Source: Rebecca billardiae RCC1528 (lineage: Eukaryota > Protista > Haptophyta). Taken from it: a stretch of DNA of 64,000 nt. How positions within the stretch are numbered: the stretch's first letter is position 1; the number at the start of each line of letters is the position of its first letter. The notes beneath the pieces are model-generated. The model worked only from the letters and a program-made list of their open reading frames with translations, did not search any database and was not told where the DNA came from. The position numbers and the translations under genes were made by a program. Positions 39,674 through 50,975 of the stretch are shown here, one piece after another. The stretch covers positions 3,534,001 to 3,598,000 of the forward strand of contig OZ251224.1 in assembly GCA_965240325.2 (NCBI GenBank), given 5' to 3'.

Positions 39674-42271
39674 ATGTCCGTGGTGGCCGCCGCCCCCAGC
39701 CGAGCCGCCGGGCGCGCTCCCCGACGCCGACGCCGCCGCGACCGCCGCGACGTTGTTCACCGCGGACGCCAGCCGCCGCACCGACAGCATGATCAGCAGC
39801 AGCGGGCTCGGCAGCTCGGCCGCGCCTACGCCGTCCGCGCCGAGCGCGGGGGCGCCGCCCAGAGGGACCATCTCAATCGCACCGCTCAGCGAGCCCGTGG
39901 CGTGGAGCTCGTCGACGGCGGAGGGCGAGAGGCGCTGGACGCACACGGCGGAGGTGGGCGCGCGCTCCGCCGTCCACCACTGCACGATCTCGCGCGCCCC
40001 CGCCGCCGCCGGCACCACGCGCTCGAGCGAGCCGTCGGCCAGGGCCCACACATGCAGCGCACTCGGCGTGCGCGCGCACACGTGGCCGGCCTCGGGCAGC
40101 CAGAGCAGCTCGGTTGGGACGGACGGGTGGCCGGAGAGGTTGAGCACGCGCGTCGCCTCGCCCGACGCGGACATCGCGTACAGCACGACCGCGCGGTCGG
40201 CGCCCACCGAGAGAAAGCCGCCGTCCAGCCGACGCGCCGACGCAGCGCACTGCTGCGAGCGCCCGCCGACGCTCGCTGGCGTGCCCGCCGCGCCCGCGCC
40301 CGCGCTGGCGGCGTGCTCTGTGGCTCCGGGCGCGGCGTGGCCGCCGCCGCCACCGCCGAGCTGATCCGGGCACGGCAGCAGCCGGCACACGTGCGCGTGC
40401 AGCCGCTGCAGCATCGCCGGCGGCTGCACGGACCACACACACACGACGCCGTCGTCGCCGCCCGAGACGAGGCGGCCCCAGCCGGCGGCGGCGGCCTTGG
40501 CACCGCTGCTGCCGCCGCTGGTGCTGCCGGCGCCGGCGCCATCCGAGCGTATGCTCATCAGCGCGGCGACGGGCGCGTCGTGCCCTCGCAGCACGGTGGG
40601 CGGGCGCTCGTCCGCTGGCAGCAGGCTCACCCGAAGTGTCCCATCAGAGCAGCCGGCGGCGAGCAGCATGGCCGCGCCGCGCTTGACGGTGGCGACCGCG
40701 AGCGCGACCGCGCGCGCGCCGCCCGCGCCACGCTCCGCCGTGCCCGGCTCCGCGCGCGCGGCCGCGCCGTTCGCCGCCGGCTCGGGCGGCGCCGCCCAGC
40801 CATCGCCCAGGCAGCCTGCCGCGCGCGCCGGCGGGAGCGCGCCACCCGCGCCGACGCCGTCGTCGGCCGACAGCGCATGCAGGCGCAGCGCGCCGCCTGC
40901 CGAGCCCACGACCGCGAGCAGGATGCCACTGCCGCCGTCTGCCGCGGCGCTGGGCGCGGCGCTGGGCGCGGGCCGGGCGAGCAGCACGGCCGACGTGCAC
41001 GCGCCGCGCGGCCCGACAGTGCCGCGTTCGCCCGGCGCCGCCGACTCGCCCGCGCCGCCGTCAGCCGCAACGCCCGCGGCCACGGCTGCTCCGTTGGTGA
41101 GCGCGGCGCCGGCACCGGGCTGCGCGTGCTCGGGCGCGGGCGGCGCGCGCTCGGGGACGTCGACGACGAGCGGCTCGTCGTACAGCGACCAGAGCAGCAC
41201 CGTCGCGCACGCGCCGCGGCCTTGCTCGTCGGTGCGGCCGCCCGCCGCCGCTGGCCGAGCGCACTGCACGCGCGCGCCCAGCCAGCACACGCGCGCGCGT
41301 GGGCAGCCTAGGGCTAGCAGCGCAGCGGCGGGCTCGGCGACGCGGGCCACGTAGCACGCGGCGTGCGTGAGCACGACGACGAGCTGCTGGTCCGACGAGA
41401 AGGCGGCATCGACGCAGCGGCGCGCAAGCGTGCCGCCGGCCGCGCCGGCGCCGCCGTCGGCGCCACCTCCGCCGTCGTCGGCTGGCGCGGCCTCCTTCGT
41501 GCCCGGCGGGCCGGGGCTGAGCGCGCTGCTGCCGACGAGCCCCAGCTCGCGCGAGCTCACCACCGCCCACACGCTCGCGCCGCCGCTCGCGCCGCCGCTC
41601 GCGCCACCGCCCGGAGCGGTCTTGGCAGGCGGCGCGGCGGAGGCGGCGCCGCCGCCGGAGCGCGCGTCGCCGTTCGAGGCGGTGTCGCGGTGGAGCGTCC
41701 ACACGCGGAGGACGCCGCCGATGCCGACGGAGGCGATGGCCACGCCGTCGTGCCGCGGCGCGCCCTCTCGCGCCTCCGCCTCGAGGTGCACGCCGCGCGC
41801 GCTCAGCGCGAGGGACCAGTCGTGTGCGCCGCGCAGCGTGCACACGCGGTTCAGGCTGAGCATCTCGACGACGTGCACGCCGTCGTACTGCCCGCCGTAC
41901 GCGATGTGCCGGCGCTGCGGGAGGACGGCCATCGCCGTCGTCTCGCCGCCGAGGCTGGGCGGGCTGCTCAGCGCCACGAGGCAGCGCCCGTCGACGGGAT
42001 CCCACTCGGAGAGCATCCCGTCCGCCGAGATTGCGATCACGGCGTCGCCGCGGTCGTACACGACCGAGTCGATGGCGACGATGCGCGTGTCGTGGCCGAG
42101 GAGGACGGCGCGTGGGACCACACGCGCGCCGTCCACCGCCCAGAGGCAGAGCTGCCCGCTGCACGAGCCGGTCACGAACGCGAGCGGGCCAGCGCCGGCG
42201 GCGGCGTGCACCGCGCAGATCTCGTGCCGCGGTGGGCGCGGCCAGAGTGCGACGGGCACGAGGAGGGACAT
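37400..42271 (-). CDS. WDR7: WD40 protein WDR7/rabconnectin-3 beta homolog; introns 38441-38247 (GC-AG, 195 nt) and 38110-37904 (GT-AG, 207 nt)
   Basis: N-terminus LLVPVALWPRPPRHEI..FVTGSCSGQLCLW..PRAVLLGH..EWDPVDGRC and C-terminus RLAIGT..IIYDLRT..LQGHDGAVSAVAF match WDR7/WDR72. Poly-Gly/poly-His insert ~39550-39690. Confidence 0.88.
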
Positions 42272-42514
42272 GGCTCGCTCGCAAGGCGGCCAGCCGCCAC
42301 GCCGACGGCGAGCGCACCGCCCGTGCGCGCGCCGCGCCGAAGGGTGGCCCTCGAGACGGCGCGCCGCCCCCACTCGGCTCGCAGAAGGATGGCGGTGCTG
42401 AGCGCGCGCGCTGTCGTGGCGCCGGCAAGCAGCCAAAAATGAAAAATCGCAGCCATCAAATATGGGGGTACTTTCTGTGGAGCGAATCTCAAATACTCGT
42501 GGTAGCGCTTCAGG

Positions 42515-43924
42515 ATGGGGGCCGAGGTGAGGCCGGGCGTCATCTTCCTTCTTGGTCAGGCCGGGCGTCTCGACCCGGCGCCGCTCGCGTGTGGCGCCGC
42601 GCTGGTGGCGGCCGCCGTGGTCGCCGCCGCGCTCTACCGCCGCCGACCCCGCGCGCGCGCACACGCCGCGCCGTGGGAAGCCGACGCGGCCGTGCACGGC
42701 GGGAGCTCCGCGCCGGGCCGCGCCGTCGTCATCTGCAACCCGATCGCCGGGCGCGGCGCGGCCGCCGAGGCGGCACGCGCGCTGCGCGAGATGCTGCGCC
42801 GCGCGGGCTGGAGCGTGAAGACGCACGAGAGCCGGCACATCGGCCACGCGCGCGAGATCGCCGCCACCGCCGCCGCGCGCGGCTTCACCCACGTCCTCTC
42901 TGTGGGCGGCGACGGCCAGCTGCACGAGGTGTGCAACGGGCTGCGCGACGCGCGCGCGCTCGACGCGATCCGCGTGGGCGTGGTGCCCGCGGGCACGTGG
43001 AACGGCGTGGCGAGCAGCCTCGGCGTGCGCGACGCCGCGCATGCCGCGCGCGCGCTCACGTCCGACCGCTGCGCGCAGCTGGACGTGTGGGCGGTCGCGA
43101 CGCGGCCGAGCCGCGCGCAGCCGACGGTGGCGGTGCTGTCGGTGGGCTGGGGCGCGCTCGCGGACGCGGACGTGCTCAGCGAGCGCGAGTGGCGGTGGAT
43201 GGGCGCGCTGCGCCGCCTCGTCGTCCCGCTCTACGTGCTCGCCCGCCACCGCCGCCACGCCGGCCGCATCTGGCTGCGGCCCGCGACAGGCACGGCCGCT
43301 CAGCGCGCGACGCTGGCGCACGCGATCGCACGCGGCCGGCTGCACGCGCGCGCCGGCGGCCCGGCGGGCTGCACGCACGCGACGCGCGCGGACGAGTTCC
43401 TGCTCGCGCACGCGTGCAACGTCGCGTACATGGCGCGCGGCATCCTCCTCGCGCCCGCCGCCGCGCCGGACGACGGCTGTCTCTCGCTGCTGCTCGTGCG
43501 GCACGGCGCGGGGCGGCGCGTCGCGCTGCGCGCCTATCTGGCGCTCGAGCGCGGCGGCCACGTCGCGCTGCCCGGCGTTGAGCTGTACGCGTGCACGGCG
43601 CTCGTGGTCGAGGTGACCGCGGGCACCGACGACTTCGCCATCGACGGCGAGCCCGTGCGCGCCGAGGCGGTCAGCATCACCCGCGCGCTCGGCCCCAAGG
43701 GCCGACCGCAGGCGGTGCGCGTGGCCGTGCCGCCGAGCCGCCGCGCCGCGACGTCCCCGCCTGGGCAGCCTGTCAGGGACCCTGGGCCGCCTGACGCACC
43801 CGGCGGCGTGGGGCGCGCGGACGGCACGCCCTCGGACGGCGCCGCCGGCGCGACCATCGCCGCCACGCCCACGGATGCCGCAGTCGCACACAGAGCATGG
43901 CACACGCGTGCCAGATCAAGATGA
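42515..43924 (+). CDS. Sphingosine kinase / diacylglycerol kinase catalytic-domain protein with N-terminal TM
   Basis: VICNPIAGRG, VGGDGQLHEVCNGL, VPAGTWNGVA, APAAAPDDG, IDGE motifs. Confidence 0.9.
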   Translation: MGAEVRPGVIFLLGQAGRLDPAPLACGAALVAAAVVAAALYRRRPRARAHAAPWEADAAVHGGSSAPGRAVVICNPIAGRGAAAEAARALREMLRRAGWSVKTHESRHIGHAREIAATAAARGFTHVLSVGGDGQLHEVCNGLRDARALDAIRVGVVPAGTWNGVASSLGVRDAAHAARALTSDRCAQLDVWAVATRPSRAQPTVAVLSVGWGALADADVLSEREWRWMGALRRLVVPLYVLARHRRHAGRIWLRPATGTAAQRATLAHAIARGRLHARAGGPAGCTHATRADEFLLAHACNVAYMARGILLAPAAAPDDGCLSLLLVRHGAGRRVALRAYLALERGGHVALPGVELYACTALVVEVTAGTDDFAIDGEPVRAEAVSITRALGPKGRPQAVRVAVPPSRRAATSPPGQPVRDPGPPDAPGGVGRADGTPSDGAAGATIAATPTDAAVAHRAWHTRARSR

Positions 43925-44185
43925 CTCTGTAGTCTAGGTCTAGACTACTGCTAGACAGCCGTAGTGCTAGCGAGGCGTCGCGGCGCGCACAGGCGGCGCG
44001 ACTCCGCCCCTCACGCACGGTACAATTATTGTCGTCATATTATTCGGAATAATATTGCCGTCAAGTTCAAATCGTCGGACCCGGCGGACGACATCGAGAA
44101 CTCGGCGAGAAGGACTCAGGAGCGCCTGCGGCACTCTGCAGAGTGCAGGGTAATCGTCGACGGCAACTTTTTCAAGCAAGTCTTA

Positions 44186-44186
<1 letters not shown>

Positions 44187-44258
<72 letters not shown>

Positions 44259-44294
44259 TATATATATGTATATATACATATATATACACATATA
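44187..44294. repeat. (TA)n/(CA)n microsatellite
   Basis: Long TA run with CA interruptions. Confidence 0.95.
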
Positions 44295-44515
44295 AACTGA
44301 ACTACTGACTTAACTACGCCGGTCCGCGATTCCGAGACTTAGTCTGCGCATCAGATGAGTAGACTACTTAGTGATCGTGACACAATCCGTAATCTAATCT
44401 CCAGAGCAGCGCTGGACTAATCTCAATATTCTCAATTCATTATCTGGCACTAAATACTAATCTGTCGGCCGGCAGCGTCATACACGCCTTATTAACCAAG
44501 TGTGCACGTTAAATC

Positions 44516-45375
44516 ATCATAGTAAACTGCAGTCATGTTGTAACCCTGCCACTGTGTCCTTCTGTGGGGCTTTCTGAGTCTGATCAGGTTGCCCCCCCCC
44601 CGCCCCGCCCGGCCCCGCCTGCAGCGTCTGGCGGCCCGAGGTGGTAGCCCCCCCCCTGCACCGGAGGCGAAGAATTTTTTTGGCCCTTTTTGAGTTTTTG
44701 GCGTGCTTTCTATGAGGAACAGCATCGCCGAAGGCGCGCGCTCGATCGAGACGATGGCGGCGCTGGATTCCCCCGCGGCCCCCCGGCCGCCTGGCCAAGC
44801 GTGCGTTGTGCGCGTACGTGCAACGGAGAGCGCTGGTGGGCTGGCAGCGCGCTGGCGCGCCACGTACCTTCGTGCTACGGTCCGTGCTCAATCCAACCGC
44901 GACGGCAGGCGGACGCGGTGGCGTGGTGTCCGCGCCGCTGCCGCGGTTGCGGGCTTGGTCCGACCAGGGCGCACCGGTTGCGCTCGCCACGCGGTGGCAT
45001 GGTGGCTGAGCTTGCGGGCCGGCGTGGGGCGTCTGCTTCGGAGTAAGTGCGTCGCGAGCAGCGACGCGCCGACCGCCCTAGGCAGGGTGCCGCTCGCGCA
45101 GTCGGCGGCCGAGTCCCAATCGGGAGTGACGAGCGTGCGAGCAGTCCGTAGACGTCACGGTTGGCCGCGCCGACACGAGTCACGCGCGGTGCGCTCGGCG
45201 CGATGGCCCCCGCTTAGGCGGATATCATGAGATGGCGGATGGGTGATGAAGACTACTGCTATGAAGGCCAGTCCTTGCGCCGCAGGCGCGCTCTGCAGAG
45301 CTCTGGGACCACTTCCTGCACTGCGACGGCCTGCCCGGGCCCGCGGCGCGCGCCTGCCGCAGCACCCCACCGGGC
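44516..45375 (+). mobile_element. Non-autonomous TIR element (MITE-like), copy A, right end not found
   Basis: Co-linear homology over ~860 bp with 54883-55780, starting atcatag..actgcagtcatgttgtaacc..ccactgtgtccttctgtggg. Confidence 0.75.
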
Positions 45376-46254
45376 GCCTCAACTTTTAGCGCAGGATGAA
45401 TTATTGTTTTTGCTGATTTATTTGTAGTGCTGTTCATCCGATTTTCGCTTTTAATTCTTGTCCGTCGGCGCCCTTGCAACGGAGGTTCAGACTGCAGCGG
45501 CGGCTTCATCTCAGATTTCAGATTGGTGCGAGATCCGGCCATACCGGTGCGGGTGCGAAGCACTCAGAATTCAGACCGAGACGCATCATCATGAGCCACC
45601 CAATGATGTGCTTGCTACTCCTAATCAATCATTGCGTAATGACTAAATATCGGAGTCTCAGAGCGCGGGGGGTCGGAGTAAGTCTAACCATTAGCGGTAG
45701 TTTTGATGCTCATCACTGCTACATCATCGGTCATCACCGATTTGTACCGATAGCAACTTTGCGCGTGGCTGAAATACATGCATTCGGCCTTTCGAGATTG
45801 TGGAAGCCCCGGCTGAACACCCGCCGTGGGTTCGCATACTATTTGTGCAGGGGGCGGGAGGTTCCTGTATACGTACGGGAGGGAGGTTCGCGCCTGGATT
45901 CTTAAATCATATGCACCCGCCGCCCGCGGGCGCCAGGCCGCATCAATTTCAAATTGGTAGCCGTTCGGTAGTTAGCAATGCTTCTTTACCGTTTACGTCG
46001 TTTCGATTCGCCGCGAACGTGCTTTCGCCGTAGCAACTCATCAACTTTGCGACCTCGTGAACCTCCGGTTCTCGACCAAACGCAAGATCCCTGTTGCGAC
46101 CGCGTGATGAAAGCTGGCCGCGTGGCGTCGTGATCCAGCGGAGTTCGTCAGTTCCCTCGCCACGCGTCCTTGGGGCAGGCCGCCTCGCCCCAACAGTGTG
46201 CTGCGCACGTCCACGAGTTCGCCCGAACCTCGTTAAAAAGGCACCGAGCTCGAG

Positions 46255-47529
46255 ATGCTCGCGCCGCCGATGACCGCACGCCAGCCCCCGGTGCAGCACG
46301 CCAAGTCTCCGCGCGAGCTGGCCGACATGCTCATCCTCTCCGCGCTGCAGTCGGGCGGTTCGCCCGCCGCGTTTGAGTGCTGCTCGGATGGCACCCTGGT
46401 GGCGCGCGGTGCCGACGCGCTCGGCGCCGGCGTCGGCCCTGTGCGCAGCGCGGCGCCGCCACGCCCGACACCGTACCCGCCGCCGCCGAGCGCACGCCAC
46501 GCCCCGGCGCAGCCGCGCCAGATGCAGCACATCCAGCCGGCGCCTGGGTCGATGATGCCACGGTCGGGCGCGCTCGACATGGCGGCCGCCCGCCTGTTCA
46601 TGCAGGCGCAGATCGCGCCGCACCAGTTCGGCCTGATCGGCGGAGGCCTCGGCGTGCCGTCCGTCGTCGCCAAGGCCGCCGCCGCGCAGACCGCCCCCGC
46701 GCTCCCTGACGGCGCGTACGCGATCATGCGCACGCCGCCGCAGTCGTGGGAGGCGGGCAGCGCGACCGCGTCGCCCGCCACGTCGCCACAACGGCCGGCG
46801 AAGGGCGCCTCGCGCCCGCTCGTGCGGCGTGCACCCGCGCCGCTGCAGCCGGCGCCGCCGTCCGAGCCCCAGCCGATGCCCCACGTGCCGCCGCTGTCGG
46901 CGACCGCACCCGCGACCGCACCCGCGACCGCCACGGCCGCGGCGCCGACCGCGCCGAAGGCGGCCCGGCTGGCAGACCCGCAGGAGCGCGCATGCCCGCA
47001 CTGCCGGGTGCGCGGCTTCTCTTCGACCGAGGACCTGCTCGCGCACGCCAAGGCGTGCAGCACCACCTTCTCGTGCTCGTGCAGCCTGCGCTTCCCGACG
47101 CGCGCCAAGCTGATGCGCCACTGCCACCGCTGCGGGCACGAGCCATGGAGGCCGACGGCTCCGGCGAGTGTGCCGCCGCTGCCGTCCGTGAGCAGCATGG
47201 ACACGGCCTCGCTGCTCAGCTCGCTCGGGAGCGGCGCGGACGCGGCCGCGACGCACGCCGCCGAGATGCGCTCCACCGAGGCGCCGGCCCAGCCCGCGCC
47301 GCAGCTGTCGTCGCCGCCGCCGCCGCTCGCGCTCACGGATACGGCCTCGTTCGTCTCAGCAGACACGTACACGCCGAGCGGTGGCACGAGCCCGTTCGCG
47401 CAGCCGGCGCTCACCACGGACACCCCCGCGAGCACGCAGCCGTCGGCGCAGAACGAGCTATCCGACCTCATCTCCATGCTCGACGGTGACGACGACGCGG
47501 AGATCCTCTCGTTCCTCGCAGACATGTGA
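46255..47529 (+). CDS. Zinc-finger transcription factor (tandem C2HC + CxC-H2 fingers, ATMIN/STOP1/WIP-like), Pro-rich with acidic C-terminus
   Basis: CPHC..GFSSTEDLLAHAKAC-STTFSCSCSLRFPTRAKLMRHCHRCGH at ~46993-47139; ends DLISMLDGDDDAEILSFLADM. Confidence 0.8.
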   Translation: MLAPPMTARQPPVQHAKSPRELADMLILSALQSGGSPAAFECCSDGTLVARGADALGAGVGPVRSAAPPRPTPYPPPPSARHAPAQPRQMQHIQPAPGSMMPRSGALDMAAARLFMQAQIAPHQFGLIGGGLGVPSVVAKAAAAQTAPALPDGAYAIMRTPPQSWEAGSATASPATSPQRPAKGASRPLVRRAPAPLQPAPPSEPQPMPHVPPLSATAPATAPATATAAAPTAPKAARLADPQERACPHCRVRGFSSTEDLLAHAKACSTTFSCSCSLRFPTRAKLMRHCHRCGHEPWRPTAPASVPPLPSVSSMDTASLLSSLGSGADAAATHAAEMRSTEAPAQPAPQLSSPPPPLALTDTASFVSADTYTPSGGTSPFAQPALTTDTPASTQPSAQNELSDLISMLDGDDDAEILSFLADM

Positions 47530-48694
47530 GTGTGGGCAGTGCTGCTGCTCGGGACGCGAGGCAGCCGTTGCAACGGCTGGCAAGTGCTGCATGCTCCACC
47601 CGTCGCGCACACGCACGTACACCTGTGATGCACGACCTGCCGCATCCCATGCCGTGACACAGTCCGTGATGCCCCTGTTCCTCACCCACACGGTGACGTG
47701 CACTTGGTTGGGGAAGGCGCCGAGCGCGCTGAAGACGCGTCGCTCGAGCGCGGTGGCACCCCGAGCTGCTCCATCGGGGTGTGCCTGTTGATTGAATGTC
47801 TCTGGGCGGTGGCGAGCACCTGACGCCGGCGACGGCGCCGCTACCGCCGATGCGGCAGCGCGGGCCCTGTTGGATGCCCGGTGCGCTCGGCCTGCATTGA
47901 TGTGATTGACGGCGACTACTTTGCGACTTTGCGAATGGCTGCTGCATGTACGTGACGAGGCGGCTCGACTCGGCAGAACCTGTGCTGGGTTCTGCTTCTC
48001 GGCCTCGGGGGGCGCAGTGCGATGACACTGCGGTCACGGGCAGAATTCTCTGCTCGGACTGCCAGGTGGCTCGCGGCGACTGCCGGACGGGCCTTGGGCT
48101 CGGGGCTGAGTGGGCTGGCGTGTGTGATACTGGACTGATGATTGATTCATCATTGAAGGCATGACGATCGTCACTCACCGTGACACTAGCTACTGACTCT
48201 GCACTCTCTATGACGATCTCGTCCGTGGCTCTCGCCTCTCTCATCTCTATTCAGTGGGAGTATTCTCTCATGACTCATCTCTGTCCGTGGCTCCGCGTAG
48301 TCTCCGTCTCTCCGTCTGTCTCTCACCGTACTGACTCACTCAGCTCAGACGATTCACTACTCAGTATCAGTTATCTGCATCGTGATATTCATAATCATAT
48401 TGTCAGTTCGCGGATCCGTCATCCGAGCCCGAGGGCTCTCCGGAGTCTCGCAGTGACTCGTCGTAGACTTTAAGTTTACTCTTTAGACCGAGTCGTCACA
48501 CTCACTCTGACTCTGTAGTCTGTCTCACTGACGTGTACTCGTCAGCAGCTCTCTCTCATCAGACATCACACTCTGTAATGCTGTGCTAGTCTGTCTGATA
48601 TGTCGATGGAATGACAATATAGTCGTTATATAGTACTTAGTACGACGGCACAGCGTGCGGCCGCGTTGACTGCGTACTCAGGCTCAGCGTAGCC

Positions 48695-48704
48695 TCTCTC
48701 TCTC

Positions 48705-48747
<43 letters not shown>

Positions 48748-48901
48748 CTCTCTCTCTCTCTCTGGCTCTCTCGATCTCTCTCCGTCACTGCCGAGCTCAT
48801 CTAAGTGCCGTGCGTCCCACATTAAATTTATAAACGGCTCATTAATTAACGACTACATTCGTCCTGCTAATAATAGCGTAATAATACGCAACTCGGACAG
48901 T

Positions 48902-48947
<46 letters not shown>
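48695..48947. repeat. (CT)n and (AT)n microsatellites
   Basis: CT run 48695-48781 and AT run 48905-48947. Confidence 0.9.
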
Positions 48948-48949
<2 letters not shown>

Positions 48950-49178
48950 TTCGTCTGAGAACTCTGAGCTGCCGCGCCACCGTGCGTGACGACCCGCGCG
49001 GCCACACGCGGTGCCAAATCCCGGACTCGGGTACGGTCGCAAGCACTGAGCAGACAGGCAGTAGCCAGTAGGGCTAGGCTGTAGGGACTAGGGCGTAGCC
49101 AGTAGTGACTGTGATTCCAGCAGTGAACAGCGTCCGAAGTCAGCAGTACCGAGTACGGCAGTAACCCGCACGACTATG

Positions 49179-50975
49179 CTATGTTCTCCGCCTCCGGCGA
49201 GCCAGCTCCAAGTACGACATGCTGATGCCCGTGTCGATCCACGGCCCCCACGTGCCGTTGTACACGTACAAGGCGTGCACGCACGCCCCCGGCTGCTCAC
49301 CGCCGCGGTCGGGCTCGTACTCATCGCGCTCGAGCTCCATCACGCGCGACAGCATGGCGCGGTGTGTCGCCTGGTGCGCCGGCGCACCGGCCAGGTTGAC
49401 GCGCTCGCCCTCGTCCGCAAGCACGTCGAAGAGGCAGCCGCGCGAGCAGTTGAGCTTGGGCAGCCTGGGCTTCGGCGTCGGAGGCACGTCCGCTGGGAAC
49501 ACGGCGGCGCCGACGTCGTTGGCGAAGCGCACCTTCCTCGCCACGATCAGCTTGTACGCGCCGCGGAGCAGGAAGCCGCCAAAGCGCGCGCCGCCGTAGA
49601 TCTCGGTGCGCGCGCCGCCGTGGGCGAGCGGCGGGCTGGCGGTGATGCTGCTCCACACGTCGATCGAGTCGACGGGCGGCAGGCCGGCGGCGCGCGCGCG
49701 CGCATCGCCGCGCACGACTCGCGGCGGCGCGCCGCCGAGGGCGGCGAGGGTGAGGTACCAGTCGGCCATGTGGACGTACGCGCCGCTGCGAAGGCCGCGC
49801 GCGTGGGCGGGCAGCGCGCCGCCGCTGACGAACGCCGGGACGCGCACGCCGCCCTCGAGCGGGCTGAACTTGCCGCCGCGCAGCGGCCAGTTGTTCCCGC
49901 CCGACGTGGTGTGCCCGCCGTTGTCCGAGACGAACACGAGCAGCGTGCGCTCCCACATGCGCCGCGCGCGTAGCGCCGCGCGGATGCGCGAGACCGCGCG
50001 GTCGAGGAGCGCCATCATCACGGTGGTCGCGCGGCGCGCGGGCTGGCGGATGCGCGCGAAGGGGACCGCCACGCCCTCGGGCAGCTGGTGGGGCAGGTGG
50101 ACGAGGTGCGAGCTGTACAGCAGGAAGAGCGGCGGCGTGCCGTCGGCCGGCGCGCGCGGCGGTCGGCGCGGGTGCAGGGACGGTGCGGACGTGCGCGCCC
50201 CGGGCGTCAGCCTGGGGGGCAGGAGTGAGCGGCCGCCGGCAGGGTGGCTCTCGATGATGGCGACCGCCTCGGCGGTGAACAGGTCCTCCTCGTACTGGCG
50301 CTCCGGCCTCGGGGGCACGCTCGCCGGCCCCTCGGCCCGGAGCAGCTCGTCCGTCGCCCACAGGTCGATCAGCTGCGGCCGGCCGCCGCGGCCGCGCATC
50401 TCAAGGCTCAGCTGGCAGACGCCGCCGTGGTACGAGAAGTAGTCGTTGCCGTGGTGGAAGTACACCAGCCCGCGCTCGAAGCCGCGGCCCCTCGGCGTGT
50501 GCTCGGGGGTCGCCATGCCCGCGTCCCACTTGCCCACGACCGCCGTCCGATACCCGGCCCGCCGCAGCACGTCGCCCAGCGCTGTCATGTTACGCGGGAT
50601 GCCCTGGAAGCCGCCAACGGGGTCCGCGCGATTGTGGATGGTCGGGGGCTGCAGCTTGTCGTTGACGTGCGCGGGCAGTCGTCCCGAGAGAAGCGCCGCG
50701 CGCGACGGCGAGCACGTCCAGTGCGCGTAGTGCCGGTCCAGGCGCACGCCTTCGCGCGCGAGCGCGTCGAGCGTGGGCGTGCGGATCTCGCCGTTCTCGT
50801 TGTTCCAGCCGACGTTCGACCATCCCACGTCATCCGCGAGGACGATGACGATGTGAGGCCGCAGCTCGGCCCGGGAGCTCGGCGCCTGCAGCGCGATCGC
50901 CACGAACAGCATCAACCTGCCGGCCGGAGAGCTCACACGAGAGACGGAGAGCTCGCACGAGACGGGCGTCGCCAT
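49179..50975 (-). CDS. Arylsulfatase B-like type I sulfatase
   Basis: HIVIVLADDVGW, TPTLDALA, CSPSRAALLSGR (formylglycine CxPxR), VGKW, FVSDNGG, NWPLRGGK..EGGVRVP, LFDVLADEGERVNLA. Confidence 0.95.
   Translation of the reverse strand: MATPVSCELSVSRVSSPAGRLMLFVAIALQAPSSRAELRPHIVIVLADDVGWSNVGWNNENGEIRTPTLDALAREGVRLDRHYAHWTCSPSRAALLSGRLPAHVNDKLQPPTIHNRADPVGGFQGIPRNMTALGDVLRRAGYRTAVVGKWDAGMATPEHTPRGRGFERGLVYFHHGNDYFSYHGGVCQLSLEMRGRGGRPQLIDLWATDELLRAEGPASVPPRPERQYEEDLFTAEAVAIIESHPAGGRSLLPPRLTPGARTSAPSLHPRRPPRAPADGTPPLFLLYSSHLVHLPHQLPEGVAVPFARIRQPARRATTVMMALLDRAVSRIRAALRARRMWERTLLVFVSDNGGHTTSGGNNWPLRGGKFSPLEGGVRVPAFVSGGALPAHARGLRSGAYVHMADWYLTLAALGGAPPRVVRGDARARAAGLPPVDSIDVWSSITASPPLAHGGARTEIYGGARFGGFLLRGAYKLIVARKVRFANDVGAAVFPADVPPTPKPRLPKLNCSRGCLFDVLADEGERVNLAGAPAHQATHRAMLSRVMELERDEYEPDRGGEQPGACVHALYVYNGTWGPWIDTGISMSYLELARRRRRT

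Noticed and set aside
42272-43903. 5' extension of the 1859-aa ORF
   Set aside because: Antisense shadow of the kinase gene; WDR7 similarity starts at ATG 42271.
43964-44308. ORF with YIYIYI run
   Set aside because: Translation of a TA microsatellite.
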